DNA from: Candidatus Marinacidobacterales bacterium
Lineage (GTDB): Bacteria > Acidobacteriota > Vicinamibacteria > Marinacidobacterales > DATDRI01
Length of the DNA: 64,000 nucleotides
Assembly: GCA_965219415.1 (NCBI GenBank)
Contig: OZ244742.1
Coordinates: forward strand, 640,001-704,000
Direction: 5' to 3'
The notes below the pieces were generated by a model that saw only the letters and a program-made list of their open reading frames with translations, did not search any database and was not told the origin of the DNA. Below are positions 1 through 11,182 of this stretch, piece after piece. The translations under genes were made by a program, and so were the position numbers. Positions within the stretch are counted from its first letter, which is position 1, and every line of letters starts with the position of its first letter.

Positions 1-837
1 TGAGCGATCCTCGATCCACTTGATCGGTTTTCCGGTTACGACCGAGGCCGCCACCGCGACGATATAGCCAGGATAGGCCGGAACCTTGCCGCCGAAGCCT
101 CCCCCGATGTCCGGAGAGATCACGCGGATCTTGTGCTCGACCAACCCCAGATGCCCCGCAATGAGTGCCACCACTGTGCGAATAGCGTGTGGCGCTTGGC
201 TGGTCATATATAGGGTCAACCTTCCTTCCACGTTGTCCCAGCTCGCTACACAGCCGCAGGTCTCGATGGAAGCTGGGTGGATCCTGGGTATATAGAAGTC
301 TTCCTCCACGGTGATGTCGGCACCCTTCAAGTCCTTTTCCGTAGCCTCTTTGTCGCCGGTCTCCCAATGCCAGATGTGGTTGCTCTCTTTCTCCTCGCGG
401 ACTTTGGTGGCCCCGGGTTCCAACGCCTTGAATGGATCCACCACCACCGGAAGCGGCTCGTAGTCCACCTCCACGGCCGCGACGCCGTCGGCAGCCGCAT
501 AGCGACTCGTGGCCACCACCGCTGCTACCTCTTGCGCTTGGTACTTGACGGTATCGAGGGGCAGGACCATTTGCTGATCGTTCGACAGCGTCGGCATCCA
601 CGCAAGCCCATAGCCATCCAGCGTCTTTCCGGTGATAACCACAGCGACGCCAGGAGTCTTGAGTGCCTTCTCGTCATTGATGCTCTTGATCTTCGCGTGA
701 GCGTAGGGACTGCGCACGATGTCGAGATATAACATCCGCGGCAGCTTGATATCGTCAATGTAGCGCCCCTTCCCGCGGATGAAACGGGGGTCTTCCTTTC
801 GCTTGACCGAATGGCCGAGACCTCTCACTTCGCTCAT
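1..837 (-). CDS. coxL: Aerobic CO dehydrogenase large (Mo) subunit, form I-like; N-terminal part only, runs off the window
   Basis: Manual translation from ATG 837 (ATGA overlap with the coxS stop): [29 protein letters not shown]...[11 protein letters not shown]...[11 protein letters not shown]...[18 protein letters not shown]. Gene order M-S-L. Not in the ORF track because the stop lies outside the window. Confidence 0.85.
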   Translation of the reverse strand, partial: MSEVRGLGHSVKRKEDPRFIRGKGRYIDDIKLPRMLYLDIVRSPYAHAKIKSINDEKALKTPGVAVVITGKTLDGYGLAWMPTLSNDQQMVLPLDTVKYQAQEVAAVVATSRYAAADGVAAVEVDYEPLPVVVDPFKALEPGATKVREEKESNHIWHWETGDKEATEKDLKGADITVEEDFYIPRIHPASIETCGCVASWDNVEGRLTLYMTSQAPHAIRTVVALIAGHLGLVEHKIRVISPDIGGGFGGKVPAYPGYIVAVAASVVTGKPIKWIEDRS

Positions 838-1304
838 GATTTCTTCTCCGCGGCGTACTGCACCGCCTTAACAATATTCATATAGCCTGTACAGCGGCAG
901 AGGTTGCCCGAGATGCCCCACCGGATCTCGTCCTCGGTCGGATTCGGGTTCTTCTCCAGCAGAGCACTCGTGCACATCATCATTCCTGGCGTGCAAAAAC
1001 CGCATTGCAGACCGTGCTCTTCCATGAATCCCTCTTGAATGGGATGGAGGTCACCGTTAGTGGCAAGCCCTTCGACCGTCTTGATCTCGCGGCCATCGGC
1101 CTGGACGGCGAGAACCGTGCAGCTCTTCACGGGTATCCCATCCAACAAAATGGTGCAGGCACCGCACGACGTGGTGTCACAACCGATGTGCGTGCCGGTG
1201 AGCTCGATGACTTCCCGGATCAAGTGAACAAGAAGCAGGCGCGGCTCGACATCGGCTTCGTGAGCCTCGCCGTTCACCGTCACTTTGATGTGATGGGTAC
1301 TCAT
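834..1304 (-). CDS. coxS: CO dehydrogenase small [2Fe-2S] subunit
   Basis: [21 protein letters not shown] and NLCRCTGY motifs; lies between coxM and coxL. Confidence 0.9.
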   Translation of the reverse strand: MSTHHIKVTVNGEAHEADVEPRLLLVHLIREVIELTGTHIGCDTTSCGACTILLDGIPVKSCTVLAVQADGREIKTVEGLATNGDLHPIQEGFMEEHGLQCGFCTPGMMMCTSALLEKNPNPTEDEIRWGISGNLCRCTGYMNIVKAVQYAAEKKS

Positions 1305-2173
1305 GCCGCACCTCCCCGGGCCCGCTCCACCGCCTTGCGAAGCGTTCGCACTGTAAACGTCTTTACCAATGAGCGTTTATATTCTTCCGAACCTCGGTGA
1401 TCGGCAATGGGCTCCGCGGCCTCCGATGCCAGTTGGGCCGCCTTTTTTATGTTGGCTTCGCTCGGCTCTTGGCCGGTAAGGGCTTCCTCCGCGGCCGTCG
1501 CTTTGATGGGCGTCAAGCCGACGTTGGTAAGCCCGATGCCGACCGAAGCGCACTTGCCATTGTCGAGCGTTATCTGTGCGGCGACCGCCGCCGTCGCATA
1601 GTCTCCGACCTTCCGCTCCAGTTTCATGTAAGCGCCGCCACTCCCCTTCTTGGGTGAGGGAATACGGATCTCGCTCAAGATCTCGTCGTGCGCCAGCGCA
1701 GTTTGGAACGCGTCTTCGAAGAATTCTGTGATCGCGATCTCGCGCTCGCCCTTTGGACCGGTCGCGACGATCCGGGCGCCGTAAGCCAGCATCGTGGCCG
1801 GGTGATCGTTCGCCGGATCGGCATGGGCGAGGTTGCCCGCCACCGTCGCCATGTTACGAACGAGAGGGTCGGCGACGACCCGTGCCGTATCCGCAAGAAG
1901 AGGATATTTCTTCTGTACAACGTCGGAGACCTCCAGATCGGATTCTCGGGTGAGTGCGCCGATCTTCAACCAATCTCCGTCCTCACGGATGTAGCTCAAC
2001 CCATCCACCCGGTTGATGTCCACGAGCAATGCCGGGGTGGCGAGCCGAAACTTCACCATCGGGAGCAGACTATGTCCGCCTGACAGGATTTTGGCCTCAC
2101 GGTTTTTTCCCAAAAGCGCCACCGCTTCGGAAAGCGTTTTCGGTGCCGCGTAGTCAAAGGGAGGGGGGATCAT
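1301..2173 (-). CDS. coxM: CO dehydrogenase medium FAD-binding subunit
   Basis: [39 protein letters not shown] and [10 protein letters not shown]; GGAGG-like RBS upstream. Confidence 0.9.
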   Translation of the reverse strand: MIPPPFDYAAPKTLSEAVALLGKNREAKILSGGHSLLPMVKFRLATPALLVDINRVDGLSYIREDGDWLKIGALTRESDLEVSDVVQKKYPLLADTARVVADPLVRNMATVAGNLAHADPANDHPATMLAYGARIVATGPKGEREIAITEFFEDAFQTALAHDEILSEIRIPSPKKGSGGAYMKLERKVGDYATAAVAAQITLDNGKCASVGIGLTNVGLTPIKATAAEEALTGQEPSEANIKKAAQLASEAAEPIADHRGSEEYKRSLVKTFTVRTLRKAVERARGGAA

Positions 2174-2533
2174 GGAAGGCCTCCTTCAATTAATTGGAGC
2201 GGTATCTCCGGACGTTGGTGTGTGCAAATTGCCGGTGGGGCGCCGTGATGGACGAAACACCGAGTTGCAACGAGTCGACGTGGCCAGGCGTCGGGGAAAC
2301 CGGTGGCGATGAGAGTACGAGTTCGAATCATGTCTAGCCGGCTCCAAGCCGCGGGTTTGAAACGGCTTGATTCATTTCCTGCACCGGCTGACCGGTATGC
2401 GCTCGATTGGTCCGCCGGAGTGGACGCCAACACACCAGGTTGCACAAAGTGGCCCGGCCACGCGCCTGGTACGAGCGCGAACTTACCCCTGGGGGTTCCA
2501 CAAAGTCAAGTAGATTGCTGTCAATATGCCCCC

Positions 2534-2856
2534 TAAAGCATCCGACCATTACCTATCGGGGAAAGTTCATAGATCGCATCGGCCAGAACGAGTTCAAGGT
2601 CAAGGGCGCCTTGGTGATTAAAGGCATCACGCGCGAGGTGGAGATGAACGTGAGACACCTTGGACAATGGCCGACGCCGTGGTGGGAGGGCGGTAAAGAC
2701 CTAGGGCCCAAGATACGGGCCGGGTTCGTCGCGGATACCGTTATCAACCGACACAACTTCGGGATCAGTTGGAACGGGGATCTCGAAAATGGTGGGGTGG
2801 TCGTCGGTAGCGACGTCCTGATCCGAGTCGATGCGGAAGCTATTCGCGACGACTGA
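2534..2856 (+). pseudogene. YceI family protein, 5'-truncated remnant
   Basis: KHPTITY...GALVIKGITREV...RAGFVADTVINRHNFGISWN...VVGSDVLIRVDAEA is a YceI C-terminal half; the sequence upstream is unrelated. Confidence 0.7.
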
Positions 2857-3475
2857 TCAATCGTCATCACCATTCTTCGGCCACATCGCGTGTACCCGCT
2901 GGTAGTCTTCGGGGGTATCGATGTCCGGAGGAAGCTCGATGTCCATCTCTACCCGCCGCACCCGTTCCGGAGATTCTTCGATGAGCTTCCAGATCGCTTT
3001 GTCCCCATGAAGCCCTCGGAGATCCTCGAACGCCGGACGCGCGAAGACAAAGGGATGGCCCAATTTTTCGCGGTAAGACGTGACCGACGCCCAGGGCCGG
3101 TACGCACGCCAGTCCTTCGCGACCTGGTCGATGATCGCGGTCCCGACGCCGGGCTGATCGCCCAGAACAAGCATGACCGCAGCACACTCACCTAGGGCGT
3201 CCAAACCAGCGAGAAGAGACGAAGCACAGCCTGAACGATAGGCTCGATTGTCCACCACCGCGGCGCGCCCGAAATCCACCGCATCCTTCAATTCATCCGC
3301 GGGAACGATCCAGAACAACAACGACTCGGTCTACGCCGGAGGCGTTCACGTTTTGCACAACGTGGCCGAGAAGCGTGGTATCTCCAAAAGGAAGTAGTTG
3401 CTTAGGCGACCCGAAGCGCGTCGACTCTCCTGCCGCCATGACCAGCCCAACGATTTCGCGCGATGACTCGGACAC
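2857..3475 (-). pseudogene. mocA: Molybdenum cofactor cytidylyltransferase (MocA-like), frameshifted near 3305
   Basis: LVMAAGESTRFGSPKQLL in ORF 3293-3475 and LGDQP/GHP/GDK/DIDTPEDY in ORF 2857-3321; the clustered indels may be sequencing error. Confidence 0.75.
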
Positions 3476-3595
3476 GTCCCTGTATAACCGATCAACGGAC
3501 GAGATCTCTACTCGCCCACCGGATGCGCTTGACTCGGGTGGGCGGATCTATAAGGTTGACCCATTCCAGGGAACTCATGAAGAAGGGAGATCACC

Positions 3596-4639
3596 GTGAG
3601 CAAAGCGAGTCGATCGAAATGGACACGGCGGGGCGTTTTGGGAACACTCGTAGGCACCGCCGCCTCGGTAACCGCGGCACCGCGATTCCGTTCCGGGCCC
3701 GCACGAGCCCCCGACAGTGCGATCCGCGACCAAGGCATGCAGGTCGTGATCACCGGCTCGGGCTCGGCACTCATCGACCCGAAGCGGGGCGGTGCTAGCC
3801 AAGCGGTTCTCGTCGACGGCACCATCCTGCTGTTCGACTGCGGCCGAAGAGCCATGGACAATCTGGCGGCGGCCGGCATCAATCCGGTCGATGTGGATTA
3901 CGTTTTCTTCACGCACCTTCATTTCGACCACATCGCCACCTACGGCTACTTCGTCGTTTCGTCTTGGATTGCGGGCCGGCGAGGCGCGTTCAAGGTTTTC
4001 GGACCTCCGGGCACCAAGGCGATGTCCGACGGAGCCCTCTACGGCATGCATCAGATGGACGTGGAGTTCGTGAAAAAGAGAGTGCGCGATCCGGTTCCGA
4101 TGCAGGCCGAACCAGAGCCTCCGGTCGAGGTGAGCCACGTATCCGCTGGTGCAGTCGTCGAAACGGACAAGTTCAAAGTGACGGCTGCCTTGACTCCGCA
4201 CTTAACCTCGATGGGCAAGGAAAGCTACGCTTATCGCATCGACTCGAGCTACGGATCGGTAGTCATCAGCGGGGACACCGGACCCGCCGACAGCGTCATC
4301 GAGCTCGCGAAAGGTGCCGATATGCTGATCCACGAATGCACGTTCGCGCCCGATGGGATGACGGTGGGCGGAAGTTTCAACTCCCGCAAGAAGCCGAGCA
4401 CCGGCCATACCGCACCGAGTGAGCTCGGCGAGCTCGCTCAAGAAGCGGGCGTCAAGAAAGTGGTCGCCACACACGTGGGACCTTTCACCAGTGGAGAGGC
4501 GGCCATCGAGATGTCCAGACAGTATTTCGGTGAGCCGGTGGGACCGGAGATTTGGATGGAGCTGACCCATCAGATCCGCGCGAACTTCGATGGACCAGTC
4601 ATTCTCGCCGAAGACGGGATGGTCCTCGATATCGGCTGA
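3596..4639 (+). CDS. Tat-exported MBL-fold hydrolase (RNase Z/AtsA-like)
   Basis: TRRGVL Tat signal; FDCG, THLHFDH, SGDT, HEC and GHT motifs. Confidence 0.85.
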   Translation: MSKASRSKWTRRGVLGTLVGTAASVTAAPRFRSGPARAPDSAIRDQGMQVVITGSGSALIDPKRGGASQAVLVDGTILLFDCGRRAMDNLAAAGINPVDVDYVFFTHLHFDHIATYGYFVVSSWIAGRRGAFKVFGPPGTKAMSDGALYGMHQMDVEFVKKRVRDPVPMQAEPEPPVEVSHVSAGAVVETDKFKVTAALTPHLTSMGKESYAYRIDSSYGSVVISGDTGPADSVIELAKGADMLIHECTFAPDGMTVGGSFNSRKKPSTGHTAPSELGELAQEAGVKKVVATHVGPFTSGEAAIEMSRQYFGEPVGPEIWMELTHQIRANFDGPVILAEDGMVLDIG

Positions 4640-4640
4640 A

Positions 4641-6322
4641 ATGATGGGCATCGGATTGAAGAGGGTCTTGCTAATCGGGTATTGGACCGGCTTCGTGATC
4701 TCCTGCGAGACCGCAACGACCGACGCCCCCGATCTCGTGCTACACAACGGGAAGATCGTGACCCTCGACCGGGCGTTCCAGATCGCTGAGGCGCTCGCCA
4801 TTAAGGACGATAAGATCGTCGCGGTGGGCGGGAACGATAGCATCACCGCCCTCGCTGGTTCGGAGACGAGGCTCATCGACTTGGAGGACAGGACCGTCGC
4901 TCCCGGCTTCGCCGACAATCACTACCACAACATCGGGGGCGGTCCCGGCGTGGATCTCTCTTCCACGCGCAGTCTCGGTGATGTCTTGGAGGCCATCGCC
5001 GAGCGCGCCAGGGAAACGCCGGAAGGTGAAGTCATCTCCACCGACGGCGATTGGCACGAAGGGCAGCTTCGAAAGCAGCGGCTTCCCTACCGGGACGAGC
5101 TGGACGAAGCCGCACCCCACCATCCAGCGGTGGTCGTGCGAGGCGGGCACGAGTACATTCTCAATAGCGCGGCGCTAGCCAAGTGGGCCATCGACGAGAC
5201 GACGAAAGTCCCCGATGGCGGAAGCATCGGCCGGTACGATGACGGTCGCTTGAACGGAGAGCTGGTCGACCGGGCGAAGCGTTTCGTCAAGCTTCTCCCT
5301 CAGGCGTCGGTCGGCGTCAGCTACCGACTAGATGGCCTCGTTTCCGAGCATCGACGTTTGAACGAGGTCGGTCTCACCAGCATTCGCTATGCCAGCGGGA
5401 ACAAGGAGCTTTACGACGCGCTCGCGGAACTCAAGCGCCGTGGAGATTTGACGCTACGGGTGAACGTCCTATTTCGGCTCCAGGCCCTCGATCGATCCGG
5501 CTCGTTTGGACGACGTCATAGCTGCTTGGGGCGTCGGTCCCGACGAAGGTGACGAATGGCTGAAGGTCGGCGGAATCAAGCTCGGAGTTAGACGGTGGCT
5601 TCGAAGGTGGATGGATACGCGATCCGTACGAGGAGCCCTGGGGAGAAAACGGGACTTATGACGGCCTTCAAACGTTTCCCAACGAGAGCTATATCGACTT
5701 GGTGCGCGCCCTCAATCAGCGTGGCTGGCGGGTGGCCACGCACGCGGTAGGTGATGCCGCCATCGACTTGGTGCTAGACGCCTACCAGAAAGCCAACGAG
5801 GATCGGAGCATCGGCGAGCGACGCTGGGTCATCGAGCACGGCTTCATCGTGCAGCAAGACCAGTTCCCGCGCATCAAGGAGCTCGGTTTCGTCGTCTCGG
5901 GCCAGCATCATCTTTACGTCGCCGGCCCCAGCTTGGTGAAATACTGGGGAGCCGAGCGAGCCCGGAGCGTGACACCCTTGCGCGCCTACCTGGATGCGGA
6001 AATTCCCGTTTCTCTCGGATCCGACTCGCCGGTGGTCCCTTATCCCCCGCTTGGGGTCCTCTATCACTTCATCACTCGAGATACGATCAGCGCCGGCGTG
6101 ATGGGCGAAGACCAAAGGCTCACTCGAGAAGAGGCGCTCCGAGCGATGAGCCTCGGCTATGCCCACTTGACGTTCGGAGACGAGCACCAAGGCTCCATCG
6201 AGCCGGGAAAGCTCGCCGATCTCGTCGTCCTGTCAGAGGACATCCTCGACTGCTCACCGGAGCGAATACGCGATATGGAAGTAGCGATGACCATCCTGGG
6301 AGGAAAAATCGTCTATCAGTAG
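4641..6322 (+). pseudogene. Amidohydrolase_3 (YtcJ-like) lipoprotein, frameshifts near 5487 and 5590
   Basis: PGFADNHYH, HAVGDAA, IEHG, GSDSP and GSIEPGKLADLVVL spread over several frames. Confidence 0.8.
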
Positions 6323-6356
6323 TAACCACATCAATTGACCCTTGTGCGGGCGCGAG

Positions 6357-7314
6357 CTAGAAAACGGCTCGGGGTGCGGCGCCGTCCTTCGTTGCGAGTT
6401 GCACGGCAGCACGAAGGGGCGGCGTTTCTTGAACTCTGTCCGGAAAGAGTGGAAACGACGGCTTCGGTTCACGAGCCCGGTCGGCGGAACGTCTGTACCG
6501 CTCCATCTTGTCTTTGCCGTAGTCCATCTCCGCCATGTAGTGTCGGCATCTTCGAGGCTCTTTCTCGGATTTTCGACTTTGCCGAGGCGCCTGGCCTCGA
6601 GCCGTTCGAGTTTCTCCGTTACGGACGCTTCGAGGATGGAAGCGAGGTCGGCACCCGGCATGAGCGCCGCGAGCCGTTGGAGCTTGTCGTGAAGCTCGGC
6701 GCTCGCGGTGAACTGCACTTTGTAGCGCGAAGGCGCCAGCGGCTCCACGACCGGCGGCTTGTCGGCGACTTCGGGAGCCGGGGCGAGGGCGGGATTACTC
6801 TTTCCGGACAGAGTACTTTCGGCGCCTGACGTACGGTGTTCGCTTGCCGGATTCTGTCTCTGCTTCGGAAGCTTCCGGATGGAGGGCGAGACATCCGGTT
6901 TCGGCGCAATCTCCGCCACCAGCACCAGGAGCTCACGCTTGGTCTTGTGGGTTGCTCGAGCCAGAAGCTCCTCGCAATTGGTGTCGGTAAGATGCGGCGC
7001 CAGCACCGCGATGCCGCTCAAGTGAAGACGCCCATCGTCGAGCATCGTCAGCAGCGCTGGATGTTGGCGCGACCCACGTGCGGCGGCTATGCGTAGGCAG
7101 GCTTCTGCCTCGGACAAGTGCAACACGTCGACGCAATATTTAAACATCGATGACGAAGCTTCACGGGCATACAGTCGGCGTGCATCGACTTCAGCTATGC
7201 GCAACGAGAACCGACTCGACACGCCGCGACTGTTTCAAAACGTTCGACAGTCGGCCAAGAAGCTGGTCATCCGATAGTCGGGAAAGCGATTTCAATTCGT
7301 CTTTTTTGTTCATG
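6357..7314 (-). pseudogene. DUF222/HNH-type endonuclease-family gene, frameshifted, with the HNH domain deleted
   Basis: N-terminus MNKKDELKSLSRLSDDQLL...AEVDARRLYARE..SSMFKYC..LHLSE; PLAPSRYKVQFTA; DADT joins directly to the C-terminal YMAEMDYGKDKM at ~6540; TGCTATAAC 6 nt upstream of the ATG. Confidence 0.65.
6433..6814. repeat. Two inverted copies of an 18-bp quasi-palindrome (ACTCTKTCCGGAMAGAGT)
   Basis: 6433-6450 ACTCTGTCCGGAAAGAGT is the exact reverse complement of 6797-6814 ACTCTTTCCGGACAGAGT. Confidence 0.85.
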
Positions 7315-7506
7315 CGCCTGTTATAGCATGGACTTTTTTGACGCTCTGTGCTCGCGCGTGCTCAACGCAAACGCGTTGAGACACTCTCGAAGTCTATCTA
7401 AGCAAACGAGCGTGACGGTCGTTTCTTTATCGCGCGTACAGGCCTACTCCAGATCGTATCTGCGGTATTTTTCATATCGCGGCGAATAAGCTGTCAAGAA
7501 AAAACT

Positions 7507-8890
7507 GGGTCTACGCGGATTCGTGTGGGTTGAAAACTGCATTTCTGGGTAATGGCGGAAGGAAAGCCGCCACGATCTTCAGCTTGAGATATTCCTCGTC
7601 GCGATAGCCGTAGGCGCGTCGTTGCAGAACACGGATTTTGTTGTTGACCCCTTCAACTAGGCCGAGACTGACTTTGTTCTCCGGATGACAGTAGGAGGCG
7701 ATACCATCCCAATGGGACTCAATCATACCGGCGAACTTCTGGTACGGATGCAGGCGTTGCCATTTGAGGCTGTCTTTCCAACGAGTGAAAAAGGCGCGAG
7801 CGCCGCGTTCGGTGCGGTAATCCCAGAGTTGCCCGAAGGCCTCCTTCAAAATATAGGCGGTGTTCAGGCGCCGGTTGGCCTGGAGCAACTTTTTGAGTGC
7901 GCGGCGACCGTCTAGGCTCAGGTTCTCCCGCCGGGAAAGCAAAGTGTAACGCTGCCCCTTGATGTACGACCGGTCCTTGCCGCTGAGGCGTTTGTACTCA
8001 CCGCGCCGGACCTCATCGAGGGCCTTTGACAGATGACGCATGATATGAAACTTGTCGAAGATGATCCGCGCATTAGGCGCGTTGTGAATCACCGAGTTCC
8101 GGAAGGGCTTCCACATATCCATGGCGGCCAGCTTGATACGGGCGCTTTTCTTTCCGCCCAGCGCCTTGAAGAACAAATCGATGTCGGTTTCTTTACGACC
8201 CTCACCGCCCACCCAGATGGGACGCGCCCGCTCCAGGTCGCTGACAATGACGCGATAGTTATGTCCCTTGCGGATGGAGATCTCATCGACACCGATGGCC
8301 CGAGGCGCCGGTAGCCCCGCCCGGTCGACCTGCTCTTGCATGTAGAGCGTATCCAGAGCCTTCACCGTACCGTGGTGCAGACGTTCCATCTCGGCCACCG
8401 CCTTGTTCGGCATATCCCGGCGCAGCTTGCCCACATGCGTCGCAAAACGCTGGGTGTAGCGCGAGTTGTTCGCCAGCCAGTCTAGGTGTTCTACATGCAC
8501 ACCGCCGCACCCAGAACAGTTGACGCGCCAACGCTCGTATTCCAGATAGATCCGCCAGCCTGCCAACGACAGGTCGCGGACCCGGCACACTTGCTTGTCA
8601 TAGCGCCCCCGGCACCGTTGCCCACAGTAAGAGCACACAGCTGTTTTTTTCGCCTCTTGAGCTGGATGACACGGGCGTATCGGTCACCGAATAGACCCTT
8701 CAATCCGGCACCAACCACGAAACCTGGCAGCGCAAACAGCGAGCGGATCGACTGGGAATTTTTCACTCGGTTAGCCTATCCTAAAAATGGACCACTTTTC
8801 AGCACCTGATGAAGTACTCGATACCTTTTCCACACAATGAGTTACACTGTTTTTCCGTCAGAACTTACCCACACGAATCCGCGTAAACCC
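7507..8890 (-). mobile_element. ISL3-family insertion sequence, complete (1384 bp)
   Basis: 24-bp IRs GGGTCTACGCGGATTCGTGTGGGT (7507-7530) and ACCCACACGAATCCGCGTAAACCC (8867-8890), 1 mismatch; 8-bp TSD AAAAAACT at 7499-7506 and 8891-8898. Confidence 0.95.
7511..8766 (-). CDS. ISL3 transposase, probably made by -1 frameshift at A7 (8644-8650)
   Basis: orfA MKNSQ...LKRRKK overlaps the -1 frame KTAVCSYCG...; zinc-finger CxxC pairs, IGVDE, MDMW, FDKFH and EGVNNKI..RRAYGYR; stop codon lies inside the IR. Confidence 0.9.
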
Positions 8891-9082
8891 AAAAAACTGA
8901 ATTATTTTTCTCGGCGATCTTTATTCTTGCAGAGCCGCGCACTGCGCCCGGGCGGATCGGATGCCGAATTTGGCCATGAGACGCCGAATCTGATGGATGG
9001 AGTGCTCTTTTGGGCCATGGACGGATCGCGGTGACGACAGACCAACGTCACTGCAATCCGCGTAGCCTCCGGGCGGCTCGAC

Positions 9083-10159
9083 CTACTCGAAGAGCGTCAT
9101 TTGATCCCCTGGGCGGGCCGGCACGCGGAATCGGGCGACTTCGAGGGGTGCTGGCTTGTTGTCCAGACCGAACCGGCGTCGCGCAACTTCGAACCTACGC
9201 TCGAGCAACTCGGCGTACTGCCCGGTGCCTCGCATGCGCGTGCCGAACTGGGGATCGTAGAGCTTGCCTTCTCGAGCTCCGCGGATGAGATTCAGTACGT
9301 GAGACGCCTTCGTCGGATAGTGGGTCTCGAGCCATTCCGTGAAGAGCTCCTTCACTTCTAACGGGAGCCGGATCAATATGTAACCCGCCGAGCTGGCTCC
9401 GGCACCGGCCGCGGATTTCAGGATGCTTTCCATCTCCGAGTCGTTGAGGCCGGGGATCATCGGCGAGGCGAGGACACCTACCGGCACGCCGGCCTCCGCG
9501 AGGCCACGCATCGCTTCGAGCCGACGCTCTGGTGTTGGAGCGCGTGGCTCCATACGCCGAGCAAGCTCCCGATCATGTGTGGTGATCGAGACCATGACGT
9601 TGACCAGGTTATCTGCCGCGAGCGCACGCAACAGATCCAGATCTCGGAGCACGAGGTTGGATTTGGTGACAATAACCACGGGATGATGGAATTCGTTCAT
9701 GACTTCGAGAATCGAGCGAGTTATTCTCAACTCTCTCTCCACCGGCTGATACGGATCGGTGTTGGCACCCAAGGCGATCACCTGAGGCCGATATCCCCGC
9801 TTGGCGAGCTGCTCCCGCAATCTTGCCGCCGCTTCAGGCTTCGAGAAGATTCGGCTTTCGAAGTCCAGCCCCGGCGACAAGCCGAGGTAAGCGTGCGTCG
9901 GACGCGCGAAACAATAAATGCAGCCGTGCTCACAACCCTTGTACGGATTGATGGAGAGGTCGAACGGTACGTCGGGCGAGTCGTTTCGGGTGATGACAGT
10001 TCGGCTTTTCTCGGGAGTCACCGTCGTTGCGATCGGCGTCGGTTCCCAATCGAGCCCTTGCCAGCCGTCATCGAACGCCTCGGATCGATATGGCTCGAAC
10101 CGGCCTTCTTGATTGCTGACGGCGCCCCGCCCACGCGGAGGCGGCTTGGTTTTGCTCAC
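9083..10159 (-). CDS. PA0069/Rv2578c-family radical SAM protein (SplB-like)
   Basis: SINPYKGCEHGCIYCFARPTHAYLG (CxxxCxxC), GANTDPYQP, C-terminal QMTLF. Confidence 0.9.
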   Translation of the reverse strand: MSKTKPPPRGRGAVSNQEGRFEPYRSEAFDDGWQGLDWEPTPIATTVTPEKSRTVITRNDSPDVPFDLSINPYKGCEHGCIYCFARPTHAYLGLSPGLDFESRIFSKPEAAARLREQLAKRGYRPQVIALGANTDPYQPVERELRITRSILEVMNEFHHPVVIVTKSNLVLRDLDLLRALAADNLVNVMVSITTHDRELARRMEPRAPTPERRLEAMRGLAEAGVPVGVLASPMIPGLNDSEMESILKSAAGAGASSAGYILIRLPLEVKELFTEWLETHYPTKASHVLNLIRGAREGKLYDPQFGTRMRGTGQYAELLERRFEVARRRFGLDNKPAPLEVARFRVPARPGDQMTLFE

Positions 10160-10196
10160 CGTCTGCTATTCTACACCGCAGAAGAAAGACATAAGG

Positions 10197-11099
10197 ATGG
10201 CGGATTTCGACGTTCTCGGACTCGGCGTATGCGTGAGGGACGTCACCGTCTTGCTCGACACCTTTCCGACGCCCGATGAGAAGTACCGAGCCAAGGGATT
10301 CTTTGAATCGAGCGGTGGGCCCGTACCGACCGCCTTGGTGGCGCTCGCGCGTCTCGGTCGCCGCGTTTCATTCCGCGGCGTCGTGGGCGACGATGTGGTG
10401 GGCGAGTTCATCATCGACGATCTTCGCCGCGAGGGGGTGGACGTTTCTGGGGTCGTCCGCAAGAAGGACCTTCCGTCTCCGAGCAGCGTGATCCTTGTCG
10501 AGGGCGGGCGGCGAACTATATTCGAAGGTTGGCAAGCGGATCTCTCACTGTCGTCCGCTGACGTGCAGCTAGAATCCTGTCGCGTTCTGCTGGTGGATGC
10601 TCGTTTGCCCGAAATCCAAATCGATTGGGCAACGCGTGCGCGTCGTGCCGGCGCGACTGTCGTCTTGGATTGCGGTCACCCCCGGCCAGGTGTCGAGGAT
10701 ATCTTGGGACTCACCGACGTCGCGATCTTGTCCCACACATACCCGCGCGCAGTTGAGGGCGAAGGCTACGATGCCGCCAAGTTCCTGGCCGACCTCCAGT
10801 CTCGCCTCTCAAAGGATGGTCGACATATTGCTGGGCTCACGCTGGGACCCGAGGGCTGCGTGATTAGGGCTCCGGGCACGTCAATACTTTGGATTCCGGG
10901 CCACAAGGTCGAAGCCATGGACTCGACCGGGGCTGGCGACGTATTCCACGGTGCGTACATCCATTCACTGCTAGCAACGGACGCTCCGGACGTGGCGGCA
11001 CGATTTGCTAATGCGGCCGCCGCCCTCAAATGCCAAGGCATGACCGGACGAGCACCCATCCCTTCCGAAAAAGAGATCCGTGATTTCGCAGGGATTTAG
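10197..11099 (+). CDS. PfkB-family carbohydrate kinase
   Basis: GG...ALARLG, GVVGDD and DSTGAGDVFHG; ATG 10197 follows AAGG. Confidence 0.9.
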   Translation: MADFDVLGLGVCVRDVTVLLDTFPTPDEKYRAKGFFESSGGPVPTALVALARLGRRVSFRGVVGDDVVGEFIIDDLRREGVDVSGVVRKKDLPSPSSVILVEGGRRTIFEGWQADLSLSSADVQLESCRVLLVDARLPEIQIDWATRARRAGATVVLDCGHPRPGVEDILGLTDVAILSHTYPRAVEGEGYDAAKFLADLQSRLSKDGRHIAGLTLGPEGCVIRAPGTSILWIPGHKVEAMDSTGAGDVFHGAYIHSLLATDAPDVAARFANAAAALKCQGMTGRAPIPSEKEIRDFAGI

Positions 11100-11182
11100 A
11101 AGACGTTCCACCCAAGGAAGCGTTCCCTCGTCAACCTTTCCACGCTCGAACTCTGCGCAAGCTAAACTGGAACATCTTGCCC

